DNA of 64,000 bases from NCBI GenBank assembly GCA_002189035.1, contig NEEC01000013.1, forward strand, positions 930,001-994,000, in the 5' to 3' direction. Positions 51,217-63,081 of the stretch are shown here, in pieces; the stretch's first letter is position 1, and every line of letters starts with the position of its first letter. Made by a program: the position numbers and the translations under genes. The notes beneath the pieces are model-generated. The model made no database searches and was not told the origin of the DNA. It worked only from the letters and a program-made list of their open reading frames with translations. Source of the DNA: Utricularia gibba. Lineage: Eukaryota > Plantae > Magnoliophyta.

Positions 51217-52021
51217 CACTGGGCGGAGCGGAGAGTTCAACCAACGGCAGAGATCTTATGTTTTTGCAGAGGAAGTGAGAAACCTCATAAATACCGAATT
51301 CATCAAAAGGCTCGTCCTTGCTACGCTGGTTTTGATCATAGGATAACTATAAATTCGAAGCATTCAAAACATTAAAGCGCCCCGGAGAATTATTTCACAG
51401 CTCAGCACTTCATAATAGAGCGCATATAATAAACAAGCTCCAACAAGAAGCTGCCAACACAATTGATTACCCAATTCCTCACTAAACAACGAATTTCATG
51501 GGGATTTCAGTGTTTCCACAAGAACAGAATCCGATGAGAAACGAACAGCTCAGAGTCCATCCCCATTCCCTACTCCGGCAAAAACAACTGTACAATGTAA
51601 TAATGACGAATGGAGGCACTACAGCCACATCCATCCAATATGTGTCGCTAAAAGAAAACCCCGACAACTGTTCCCAGAGACACGGTAACAACGGAAATAC
51701 AGGTTATTTGGCTCAACTTTACACACGAAATATGTAATTTTATCTCGACAACAATATTACTGGTCAGTCCACGAGGAATCCACGCCGAAGCGACCTCAAA
51801 AGAAAAACCCAGATTGTAAAAAGTATAGTTCTTGTCAAAGTCCCCAGCTTTTAAGGAGCAGCGTCAGGTTGCTTTCATTCCGTTTCGGGAGTTATTTTCG
51901 GCACAAACTTTCAGGGGAAGATTAAAAAAATCCTGCAGCCTGCAGGAAACAGGGATTCAGTTAGTATGAGTATTCGTCTGTGTTTGGATGATATTTTTAT
52001 TTGGAGAAAATTTAGTATCAA

Positions 52022-52094
52022 GCGCCTGTGGCCTAATGGATAAGGCGTCTGACTTCTAATCAGACGATTGTGGGTTCGAGTCCCACCAGGCGTG
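52022..52094 (+). tRNA. trnR-UCU: tRNA-Arg, anticodon UCU, intronless (73 nt)
   Basis: GCGCCTG acceptor pairs with CAGGCGT. A-box TGGCCTAATGG. Anticodon arm TCTGA-CTTCTAA-TCAGA. B-box GGTTCGAGTCC. T5 Pol III terminator ~13 nt downstream. Confidence 0.97.
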
Positions 52095-52556
52095 CTGCAA
52101 GTAATGTTTTTACTCAATTAAAATCTTGCATCTTTGTACATTGTTACACCACTATTTAAAAACTCATTTCAACACTAATGGTGATTTTGGTTCATGGGAT
52201 AAGGAATTATAATTAAATGGTATATTGTTATTTGATATTAGGTTACGAATAATGAATTAGTTATCCTCTAGGGTATGAATTTATTATCTCACGAAAATAG
52301 AATAAAATAATCTAAGGAATTAGTTATACTCTACTGGTGCTACTTACAATTAACTTTATTTCAATTATGGGAATAAAACCCAGTGTAACTTTAAATTAAA
52401 TTCGTTTAACACGTTGGTCTCATTGATACAGAGATGGCATTTTTAGTGTGAATATATATATTTTTTTCTAGTGATATGAAAAAAAAATTTGCTTACTCAG
52501 TATCAAGGGTTTGAAACCGCCGGAATCGCGCCGCGCGGAGCTTCGGAAGGGGGCGA

Positions 52557-53285
52557 ATGGATTACAGCCTCGCGGCTCTGAAACTACTCTGCGTTCAACT
52601 GAGAAGCGCTCGCAAAACCTCATCCAAAAACGCCTTCACTCTCGGAGGCGTTCTCTTCCAGCGCGCTTGGCTTCAGGTTTGTTGCGCATCTTTGTTCCAA
52701 CTCGCCATGGAGCAGTTTTCGATGGACTTTTTTTTTTAATTTTCTTGCCCATAATCCGCCTAATGCAACACAATGCTTCAGGGTATTCTTGTATCCACCC
52801 CGTCCGACGCTGGGGGAAGCAAACGTTATCTCCTTGATGATGGCACCGGCGTTATTGAATTGAGTGTACAGGGCGAATTTTTCGAAAATCGCCGATGGGT
52901 TGAAGGTGGGTGTTTTTTGTTTTCGAATTTAGTAGCCATGTGCATACAATAATCCTTAGAATGCAGTCAATGAATTTGTGATTATCGCCTTTGAAAACTA
53001 CCAACGCTATCTACAAATTTTGAAGTTGCTGACCAGATTGTGCTCAGGGATGTACGTGATGGTAGTTGGAGTATACTTGGATCGCGATGATGATCTCCCC
53101 ATCATTAAGGTATTTAAATCTAAGTTTTCATGCTACTCCTAAGTTTCAAATCCAGTGGTCGATGCGCTTGCAACCTCTCGCAGGTTCACAAGATCATAGA
53201 TCTTTCATCCTTCCCAGACAGGGAGTCCTTGTGGTACCTTGAAGTATTAGAAGCGTACAAACTGTTTTATGAACCTGTTATATGA
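52557..53285 (+). CDS. RMI2: RecQ-mediated genome instability protein 2 (OB-fold), 4 exons, 135 aa
   Basis: Exons 52557-52676, 52782-52905, 53048-53109, 53184-53285 (408 nt, GT-AG). MDYSLAALKLLCVQL..LFQRAWLQGILV..LLDDGTGVIEL..GMYVMVVG..KVHKIIDLSSFPDRESLWYLEVLEAYKLFY matches the recalled plant RMI2 sequence. Confidence 0.9.
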
Positions 53286-55710
53286 GGTGTAATCGCTAGA
53301 TCTTGATGTTCTTATGATTCAGTGACCTCCTTGTTCCTCCAGCTTTCAAACAAGTCTCAACCATTGACTGGTGTAAGGTTTCAGAGTCCATTCATCAGCA
53401 TTCTCTTCTGCAGACCTCGTGTAGCCTGTTTCTGCAGATGTATAAGGTACTGAAGCTCTTTTGTAGCTGGAATACTATGCCCCATGTAGAAGCATTTGGC
53501 TGTCTCCAGCAAAAAAAAAAAAAAAAGTTTAATAGGAAAAGAGCTTATGGAAGGAGAAGGGGAGTTTTATTTTATGTATTTCATTTTTATATAGCAAATT
53601 ATTTTTAAATTTTATAATATGTATTTTTATATGATGGTTGAGTTGTTATTAATTTACTATAATAATGTTAATTCAAAATATAGAGTAATATTTAAAATCA
53701 TAAAACCAAAAATAATAATAATACATATTTGAATTAGGAAATTTCGATGATATACTAATTTTAAATTAATAAGAAAAGAAAAATAAAAAAAATGTTTTAT
53801 GAAATTAATAAATATATTAAAAGGCTCATGGCAACCGACATTTGGTTGAAGGGGGCACATGACCAAATGCGCAGTACCCAATCCACGTGTGTGAATGATT
53901 TTGTTGTATATGATAACTAGGAAAGTTATATTCTTTTATTTATTTTGGGGATTTAAAAGATAAAAATTGTAAATTTGAGATATCAAATACTTAGAATTCG
54001 GAAAAAAGAAGTGAAAGTTGAGAGTTGAAGTTCTAATTTATCGTATGGCATAAGATACTTTTATTTTCTTTGATACTATATTATGATAATTTTATCTTTA
54101 GAATTATTTTCATGTTAAGTATTCTCGAGGGGCACCCGGTCCACCCTCGGGTATCATGCCCCCGCACATGTCAACGCAACCCTGCCCGATTACCACATCC
54201 CGTACAGGGTCAGGGTGACCTTATTTTAAATCATTTTTATTCTTCCAAATAATTATTTTTCCGACAATCTTCTTCTCCATTTATTCAAATAAATTGATAT
54301 TCGATATGTATTTTGAAAAAGATGTGAATTTTCATACATGATTTATTAAAAATATATAATTGCTTAACACATTTTTTATCCTCATTTTTATTTATCAAAC
54401 AAAACATGATATTCAAAATATTTTTATTTAAACATATTTTTTTATAACATTCTTATTAAAAAGTTTTGTAATACTACACAGACTACACTAATTGTAATCT
54501 AGATAGGAATCCCTCAATATGGTTGTCCTTTTGGACTGAACATATTTAGACAGAACATATATAAGTGTAAGTATACAAATAATATGAATTATATTAAAAA
54601 AATTAAAATCAACATAGTACTAATAATATTTAATTTCATATATATCTAATTATTTCAATTTCAAATCTCAATGCAAGATTATTTGTTCTAATATTCGCCC
54701 TTAAGTTGAATTGATCTTTAATTCGATTAAGATTTGTTTTATTTTCGTGTATGATTGTAGATAATACTCAAATCATTAATCAATTTAATTTTTATCGTTT
54801 AAGTTTAATATATTTTCTTCTTTTTTTGTTAATCAAAATTCAAACTAATATGAACCCATTTAGATCATCCAAACTATACCATAAGGCAAACTCTTTGATA
54901 TTATGTTTAAATTAAAAATACGATGGGATGAGACAATCACATATGAAGTTCAAATACAAAAAAAAAACATGAATCACATTCACAAAGGTTGTACACAACT
55001 AATTATTAATAATTTATAATTTTTTATATTTTTTATTATTTCAATTTTAAATTCTCATGTATTATTATGTGTTCTAATACGATGATGAGCGAGGGAGAAG
55101 TAGAGATAAGATCATATTAAACTGTGTGTTTTGTGAATCAAGGGCTCCATGCTGTTCCAATCATCTCTAATATCAATATTCTTATGACGCCTCACCGGCT
55201 GTGATCTTAGGATTGCCATCTTCATTCTCGTGTTTCATGAATGCCTTCGGAGGTGTCCCCTTCAGGTTCGCGGGATATCTTCATCAGCATGAAAAACGAC
55301 AATTAAATCCACGCCCATAAATTCACTATTTTATATACCATTTAGTTCATGAAAGCCAATTTTAAATGCTTTTCATACCAAAAAAAAGAAAAAAATGATT
55401 AAATGGGCCAACTATTAGACACCGACACAACTTTGAGATGGACATTAATTTCAACATATACAGTAAATGTTATATAAACATAATTTCTAGTTATTCTTTT
55501 TAAATTTAAAATCAAATATTTAGATTAATTGGATATATATGTTAATGATTAAATCAAATATTAATTAAAAAATAAGACTATTCGTTTTATTTACTTTCAA
55601 ATATATTTATCTAATGACATTAATAATGTAATATATTAAACTCTAGAATATATAAGTTATTTTATTAAATTTTACAATATAATTTCATATTGTACTATAC
55701 AATAATTTTA

Positions 55711-56125
55711 TATTTTAAATTAATTATATTTACAGAATTTCAAAACTCTAATTCTATTATATATAATCCAACTAATATATTCAAAATACAAAACACCATA
55801 ATTATGACCCCACCCCATTCAAGTGATCGGAATAATTTATTAAATTTTATAATAATATAAATAGTTTTATAATTTCAAATTAATTATATTTACATAATTT
55901 CAAAACCCTAATTCTATTATATATAATCTAAATAGTACATTCAACTACAAAACAATCCATAATTATGACCCCCATTCAAGTGATAGCAATAATTCATTCA
56001 ATTTAAAAATATAATTTTATATTATATTATAAATCAATTTTAAATTTTAAATTAATTATATTCACATAATTTCAAAACTCAAATAATCATGACCACATCC
56101 AAGTGGTCGGAATAATTTATTAAAT
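55711..56125. repeat. Three tandem ~160-170-bp AT-rich repeat units (third internally deleted)
   Basis: Units start at ~55711, 55871 and 56043. They share aattaattatatt..cat/gaatttcaaaac..ataat.atgacc..cc.att/ccaagtg.t.g.aataatt.att.aa. Confidence 0.85.
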
Positions 56126-56727
56126 ATTACGTATAAAACGTTGCATGCTCGCGGTCGACTCTCCGACAACCCAAATGACGTTGACTACTTCCAGCTTGTA
56201 ATTACATTAAATGCACTACTTTATGCATTTAATTTATAAAAACAATGATAAATAGTCATAAAAGACAGCAAATGTTGTTGAATAATTTGGTAGTGGGTGA
56301 TTCATTCGACTGCTGTGATAGGTTGGGAGTTACACCATCTCCCACAAACGTTGAAAATTTAAATAATCAATTTGTGTATATATTTTTTTATTAGATAACT
56401 ATTTTATTATTTTATTAAAACTGCTGTTGAAGTTTTATGTGAATTTAAGATTTTAACTGATTTAGACAATATCTTTTATCTAAATATGTAGAGCTTGTTA
56501 TTTTTAAAAGAATTTACTGATTGATTTTATTTAATTTTTGAAGATTCTATTCTTCAAATGTTCTGTATTAAAATAATCAATTCAAATTTTATGATTAACT
56601 TCATAAAATATTAAATTTTTAAATTTATATTGTAGTGATTAAATAAGATATTAATTAAAAAATTATAATATTTATTATTATCTATTATAAAAGTATATTT
56701 ATATTATAATTTAATATATTAAACTTT

Positions 56728-56730
<3 letters not shown>

Positions 56731-56778
<48 letters not shown>
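56731..56778. repeat. (AT)n microsatellite
   Basis: About 24 AT units. Confidence 0.95.
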
Positions 56779-56782
<4 letters not shown>

Positions 56783-57354
56783 TTTTATAATATAAGTTTA
56801 TATTATCTAATAGAAGTGTTTTACAATTTTGACAATAATTCTGTTAACATAATCTCAAAACTGATTATGTTCTACATAATGTAAATCAAAACTTTAAACT
56901 GATGAATAGATCCATAAGAAGAGAAAGATATCATTTATATACTATTGCAAATTAATTTCGTATTCTATAAAAAATACCTTTGTTATTTTATAGATCATTT
57001 TAATTTTTGTTCTTATTTTTTGAAATTTAGTTTTAATAATATGTGTAAAATAACCTTAGTGTGACTCACGTGGTCATCTAATTCCACTGAGGTTTGACTT
57101 CCTGCGTATCCGGGTGCACGCACACCTTTGAAATTTTCATTATCGCCTAAAAAATTTAATTGTTTTTTTTATTCTCGAGTGTTTTATTCAACGACTTTGT
57201 TTGTGTAGTTTTTGGTTTTCCATGTCCAGATTCATGGGTTGAAATCGACATCGGAAACGAGGGCTCAGGAGACAGGTTTGGCGGAAAAGCATAGTCTTTA
57301 TCACTGTTACAGGTGGGGCGGAATGATCAGAAGGAAAAAGACACGGCGCTGACG

Positions 57355-58676
57355 CTACTCGACTGTGTAACAAACATTTTTGAACACCTTCATGTCCTCC
57401 CGGAGCAGAGGAACAAAGACGTCGATGCTGCCGTCGTCAGTCAGCGGCGGCATAAGGCAAATATCCCCTTCGATGGGAGAATAGCAGGGGGAGAACGCGT
57501 ACGGAGCTCCGCCTCCGAAATCGAGATCGGTGAATGGGAGCCGCAGCCAGCTTCCGGCGTCCATATCTGGGCAAAGTATCAGCTTGTTTGTTTCGCACCC
57601 GATGGTCGGAATAAGGTTCTCCGCCGTGGCGCGGTGGTGTGCAAAATCGATGAACGATCTGATGTAGTTGTCGCCCACGGAGACAATCGCATCATGCAAG
57701 AGCTGCGCTGCATACCCTAAAGACTCGTACAGAAGTTCATCAACTTTTGAACTTGCATAGGCCCATAGAACCATATTCCCGAGATAACAACCAGGAATCT
57801 TGAAGTTCTTGAAACGGTTCCGGCAGTCGATGGCGACCCGAACCCGAGTCGTTTCCGACCCGTCTAGTCGACGGGCTTTGGTCACCGCACGCCAAACATG
57901 AGCAATCACGCTCTCGAAGGTGCTGAAAGGCTTCTTGTTGGTGTTCATAGAAGAGGCTTCTGATTTGATCCTGGAGATGAACTCTGCGGTGAAGTGAAAC
58001 TTCTCGGCACGAATATCCTTGACGCGAACGTCGCCGGAAAAATCGAGCACGTCTTTCATGCTTCTGGGCAGGAATTCTACTCCCTTGTGATCGAACTCGA
58101 AAATGGGGGGATCACGTGGGGTGAAGATAGTCCGGTCATGGTACGGCAGCGGCGAAATCTCCAGACCCCGACATGCTTTACCCCATGCAACAAGAAAACT
58201 ACTGGTTGCATTCCCATCAGCCACCATGTGGTGCAGGGTGAAACCCAACACCATCGACCCACATGAGAATCTGGTGATCTGAACCTGAGTCAGCTCCTCG
58301 ACGCCGTAGAGAGTAGGGTGGAGCTTCTTCACCGTAGGCTCCGATGGCATGAAGGAAGAAACCGCTTCGTCGACAGGACGATCAACGAACGCCTCGACAA
58401 ACCGAACTCCGGCATCATTACGCAGTATCACGATCTCGCCGGCATCATCCTTCCCCATCCTGCCGGCCATTTCCCGGTACACGGCTAAGACCTTCCTCAA
58501 CCCCAATTCGATGTCGGCATTCGATGGAGTCGGTGGGCGGTAGGCATAGACAACGGCGATCTGCATGTCCCAGGTAACCTTGTCGAATACGGAGAGGGGG
58601 ATAATGTCAACCAGCGGCGCCTCCCCCCTCCGTACAGTGGCTTCACCAGCTTCGAGCTTTGGATTACCACCTTCAT
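57355..58676 (-). CDS. BAHD acyltransferase, agmatine/putrescine hydroxycinnamoyltransferase-like, intronless, ~440 aa; apparent 1-nt frameshift at 58623-58628
   Basis: HXXXD motif (HHMVADG) and DFGWG variant (DLDFGGG). The canonical N-terminus MKVVIQSSKLVKPLYGG starts at ATG 58676 in a different frame from the body (IIPLSVFDKV..). The span is 1322 nt and needs 1323. Confidence 0.9.
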
Positions 58677-58740
58677 GCCTACACCACAATTTTTTTTTTC
58701 AGGTGTAGTAGGGATGAGCGACATCCTCTTCTGGGAATTT

Positions 58741-58747
58741 ATTTATA
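58741..58747 (-). promoter_or_regulatory. Candidate TATA box of the BAHD gene
   Basis: TATAAAT on the minus strand, ~65 nt upstream of ATG 58676. Confidence 0.5.
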
Positions 58748-58757
58748 AGCATGAAAT

Positions 58758-58846
58758 AACAATAATAATAATAATATTATTATTATTATTCTTATTAATC
58801 GTCATCATAATCATCATCATAATCATCATCATAATCATAATCATTA
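58758..58846. repeat. Compound trinucleotide microsatellite (AAT/TTA/CAT) in the BAHD promoter region
   Basis: aataataataataat-attattattattatt-...-cataatcatcatcataatcatcatcataatcataatcat. Confidence 0.9.
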
Positions 58847-60281
58847 TAAACAAAAAAATAAAATAAAAATTGAACGACAGTTGAGTATTTTTGAAGTGTT
58901 TTGCAAAGGGGTTGGTGGCCGGTGGGGGTTCTGTTCCTTAGGTAACTGATGACTTTCATCACTATATCTGATTACTTTCAAACCCAAGTTCGGTCACCAA
59001 ATACGTTTTGGATTCTGATTGGCCGAAAAATAGCCATAATCAACAAAAATAATAAAATAAATTACTTATTGTGATAAAGGTCAGCAATTAGCTAACACAG
59101 TGTCAAGCGTAGATGTGCTTTTTTAAAAAATTTGTGTAAACAAATATTTTGTCGGGCGAATAAAAATATTATATATTTTCTTCATTATCCGAAATGCAAC
59201 TTCCTTGTGCTCCAGCACTGCGTCCAATATTAGAATAATAATGCCTCATTCTTACACGCCTTATTAAAGCACTTACTAAATTCAGAAAAGATATCAAAAT
59301 TTTGTAGAGTAAAAAGATGTATAAATGGTTACAAGTAGTCAAGTAGTGAAACAAAAGGAAAAGGAAAAAAGAAAGCATTTTCTGAGAATAGCAATCCACC
59401 AACCGTCGGAGAGTAAACCGACAGCAGAAAAAAAATTGATTTTGCTTCCTTTTTCCTATTAAATGAATTGGATTCTTCTAGAGGGAGCAGATGATGATTC
59501 ATGATCGCGTAATTAAATGCGCAATTTTTCATTGGAAATGTAAAATGAGTTGGTGTTATGTTATTTTAAAAACTGGTGTAGTTTACCGGCTATACCCCAA
59601 TTTACAATTAGTATAAAAATTTACCCAAATTTTTAAATTATGGCATAGATCTTTTAAATTATTTTTTATAAATAATTTATGCCATAACTTATAAAATTAC
59701 ATATTTAACCTTATCAAAACTAATTAATTTTGATCTCATTATAACGATGCATCGTATAAGATACAATATAATCATCGTCATTTTGAATCATATAAGATAT
59801 AAATATAATATAATTATTATCATTTTGGATCATACGAAATACAAATACGATATAATATTAATATAAATATCATTAGATTCATTGAACTTTTGACACGAAT
59901 GTGAAAAGCCCTAGCACGAAATTTTATTGTGTTTGAAACCGTGAACCATTTCAATTTTTAAAAATTTTGAAAACCATTTGAGTTTTATTTACACGGTTTT
60001 GACAACTTAAGATGTTTACTTTGTAATTTTGAAATTTAGGGATTAAACTATTTATAATCACTCAAAATTGAAATGTTGTTCTTGTAATTTTTTTTAAAAA
60101 AAATATTTTAAAATAAATATATGTACACAACATAATCTAATAATTTTAGTGATCTAATTGAATTTTAAATTTGTATTTTATGGCGGTATCCGTTTATTTG
60201 GTATTCGAACGTTGCACATGAATGGACAAGCAATACCTGCACACCATCACCAACCACAAATACATAGAATGAACAGTGAAA

Positions 60282-60890
60282 TCAATATGTGTAGGAGTGA
60301 CAGGGGACCCGGTCAACGGACCGATGAGGCGAAAACGGCGTCGTTACGGGACCACAGAAGACCCTGAGGTGGCGGCGGATCTTTATCACTCCGATCTTCC
60401 AACGGATGCTGGCCCAAATATTGACGTACAAGTCCAGTTGACCCGCGGCCCGGCCGGCTCGTATATCTCGGGCCACCTCGCTGCGAAGCCCAATGTCCCT
60501 GGGGGCCAAGTACAGGTCCACGTCGGTCACGTTCCTCCGCCGCTGGTAGAACGGACGGACGTCGTTGAGGGCCAACTGCTGGTTCTGGAACACTGTCTCC
60601 GCCTGTATTTTGTCGTAGTAGAGGGACATGCGGCGGTTGGGGTTGGTGGCTCGGAGGACCATATGGATATCGGCGGAGTTGAGGTGATCTCGGGTCAGGT
60701 TGAAGCTTGTGAAGGATCCCTTTTCGATGGAAAACCTGAGTTTCTTGGGGTCTACCACGAGCCAAGTGATGAGGGCGATGATCCCAAGTAGTATAATCAA
60801 TGCAAGTATCGCACCTACGAGGAGCGTCGCCGGATTCAGACGGCGGCCCTGTCGGTCCCCGCCGTGCATGGTCGTTGTGGGGTTGCTCAT
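60282..60890 (-). CDS. NDR1/HIN1-like (LEA_2 domain) membrane-anchored protein, 202 aa, single exon
   Basis: Single TM helix LLVGAILALIILLGIIALITWLVV, then P..RFSI, RATNPNRRMSLYYD, PFYQ, and a C-terminal C..C pair. Confidence 0.92.
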   Translation of the reverse strand: MSNPTTTMHGGDRQGRRLNPATLLVGAILALIILLGIIALITWLVVDPKKLRFSIEKGSFTSFNLTRDHLNSADIHMVLRATNPNRRMSLYYDKIQAETVFQNQQLALNDVRPFYQRRRNVTDVDLYLAPRDIGLRSEVARDIRAGRAAGQLDLYVNIWASIRWKIGVIKIRRHLRVFCGPVTTPFSPHRSVDRVPCHSYTY

Positions 60891-62133
60891 TGTAGGGGAT
60901 GGGGTTTTGTGCTGTCCAGTCCAGAGACCCCTGATTTATAGAGATGTTGGCGTTATCAGACGGTAGAGTGGAGAAGAATGAAGTGCAGCTGATTTCTTCT
61001 CCGACAGCACATGCCCCCACTCTCATGCAATGCTTCTAACGATCCAGTGGACAGCCCAAGGCAAAGAATTGCTTGGGGATAAAGGTAGAGGCATTCCCTA
61101 ACCCTTTCCAAAGTTGTTCTTTCTTCTTATCTTTGATTCTTTAATATTTAGTTTGAACCAACTCAATATACCCGACCCAACTTGTGTGCAAACTAAGTGG
61201 ATTTGGCCCAAACACCTCTTTAGGCCAGCAAAAAGGGAGCCAACTCGAACCTGTTACGTGCACGGGAATTCACCATTTGTGTATGGTGTAGCTTCTGTTT
61301 TTTCTTTTTGATGAACTATTATTGTAATTTTCTATACTGTTTTTGTTCGGTTCATTGTAGTTGGCTTACTAAGTTCAGCTCATTCACTATTACACTGTTG
61401 ATCTATTGTGCTAGTGGATCAGTTTGCCTGATATGGTGAATCAACCCCGGTTTTCCGGATGAGCAAAATTGTGATGTCTTGGCCTTGAGTTTTTGATTAA
61501 TCTCGTTCATATTAGTAGGAAATCAGTCTTTATTTCCAACACGGTGGATCATTCTAAACGAAACGGGTGTCCGATTGTCGGTCACTCACTCGTCTGCAAT
61601 CGCTATGGACGCATCTTGTTGCTGGATGGATGGACCCACAAGAAGACGAAGACAGCCTTTGTAATAATATCTGAGGATGTGACAAGAAAGGAGAATTAAG
61701 CAATACATATTATTTTATATTAAAAAATGATATTTAAGATCATGTATGATATATTTAAATAATTTTTATTTAAAAGTTTATTCATGTTAAACATAAATTC
61801 ATCTATTAAATAAGTTTAATTAGTTCGATAATAATAAAATACAATACTATATTTTTTATTACAAAATACCTTTATTATAATTATATATTATATAATAATA
61901 AATATAAAAAAATTAATAAAAAATTTTTAGTATACATATATGTGATAAATAATATTTTTAAAAAAATTAATATTTTTCTGTGAATTATTTATATTAATTC
62001 TGAATGTCGAACAAATTGAAAATCATACCAAATCAGTATTATGACTATTATTATTGTTAATCTAATAGTAATTGTGAGATTGAAATAAATTTTATAAAAA
62101 TATTGAAAATGGGGAGGAAATCCTTGATTCGCC

Positions 62134-62140
62134 TATAAAA
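62134..62140 (+). promoter_or_regulatory. Candidate TATA box of the TIP gene
   Basis: cctataaaatag, ~85 nt upstream of ATG 62223. Confidence 0.6.
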
Positions 62141-62222
62141 TAGCACATCCGCCACTAAAATGATCACACCCGCAGGAAGCTTCCAATTCTTGTTGTACTT
62201 AGCATTCATTGTATGAGCCACC

Positions 62223-63081
62223 ATGTCCGGACCCAGAGACTACTTCAACCCTCCCCTCAGCCGCGTGGCCGTCGGAAACTCGCATGAGTTCCGGCACCCC
62301 GGTGCAGTGAAGGCCGCGGTTGCCGAGTTCATCAGCACCCTCATCTTCGTCTTTGCTGGCTCCGGCTCCGGCGTGGCCTACAACAAGCTTACAGGGGATG
62401 CTCCGGCTTCGCCCTCAGGCCTTGTCGCCGCGGCAGTTGCCCATGCCTTCGCCCTCTTCGTCGCCGTCTCCGTTGGCGCCAATATTTCCGGCGGCCACGT
62501 CAACCCTGCCGTCACGTTTGGTTTGTTTGTGGGTGGCAACATCACTCTTCTCCGTGGTATTCTGTATATCATCGCTCAACTCCTCGGCTCCGTTGCCGGT
62601 GCTGCTCTCCTTTCCTTGGCCACCGGAGGCTATGTAAGTAGGATTGTGATTTTCAAAATAAAAATCCAACTAAAACCGAACACCGAATTCGAAATCAAGA
62701 CCAATTCTGTTTGTGCAGGAAATCCCGGCGTTCAGCTTATCGGCCGGAGTATCGGTGTGGAGCGCCTTCGTTTTCGAAATCGTCTTGACATTCGGGCTAG
62801 TCTACACTGTGTACGCCACCGCCGTCGATCCAAAGAAGGGTGAGATAGGCATCATAGCCCCTCTGGCCATCGGTTTCATCGTAGGAGCCAACATCCTTGC
62901 CGGCGGTGCATTCACCGGCGCTTCGATGAACCCCGCCGTGGCCTTCGGCCCCGCGGTGGTGAGCGGCGTTTGGACCTATCATTGGATCTACTGGGCCGGG
63001 CCCTTCGTCGGAGCCGCCATCGCCGGCATAGTCTATGAAGTGTTTTTCCTCACTCGCTCCCATGAACCGCTGCCCCACTAA
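62223..63081 (+). CDS. TIP1: Tonoplast intrinsic protein (aquaporin), TIP1 subgroup, 2 exons, 257 aa
   Basis: Exons 62223-62633 and 62719-63081. NPA motifs GGHVNPAVT and GASMNPAVA. ar/R filter residues H-I-A-V, typical of TIP1. C-terminal HWIYWAGP. Confidence 0.95.

Noticed and set aside
55080-55320. GC-richer island that might be a BAHD pseudogene fragment
   Set aside because: Translations in the frames examined show no convincing BAHD or other motif.
58620-58632. Programmed ribosomal frameshifting in the BAHD gene
   Set aside because: No X XXY YYZ slippery heptamer with an evident downstream stimulatory structure. Homopolymer error is more parsimonious.
57355-58689. 444-aa BAHD ORF starting MWCRHEGG
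   Set aside because: It starts at a TTG codon and its first ~22 residues are an off-frame reading of the real N-terminus at ATG 58676.
60276-61026. Long overlapping ORFs (237 aa minus, 171 aa plus) over the NHL gene, and similar ones over the LEA_2, SPH and TIP genes
   Set aside because: Shadow ORFs expected in GC-rich coding DNA, with no recognisable motifs.
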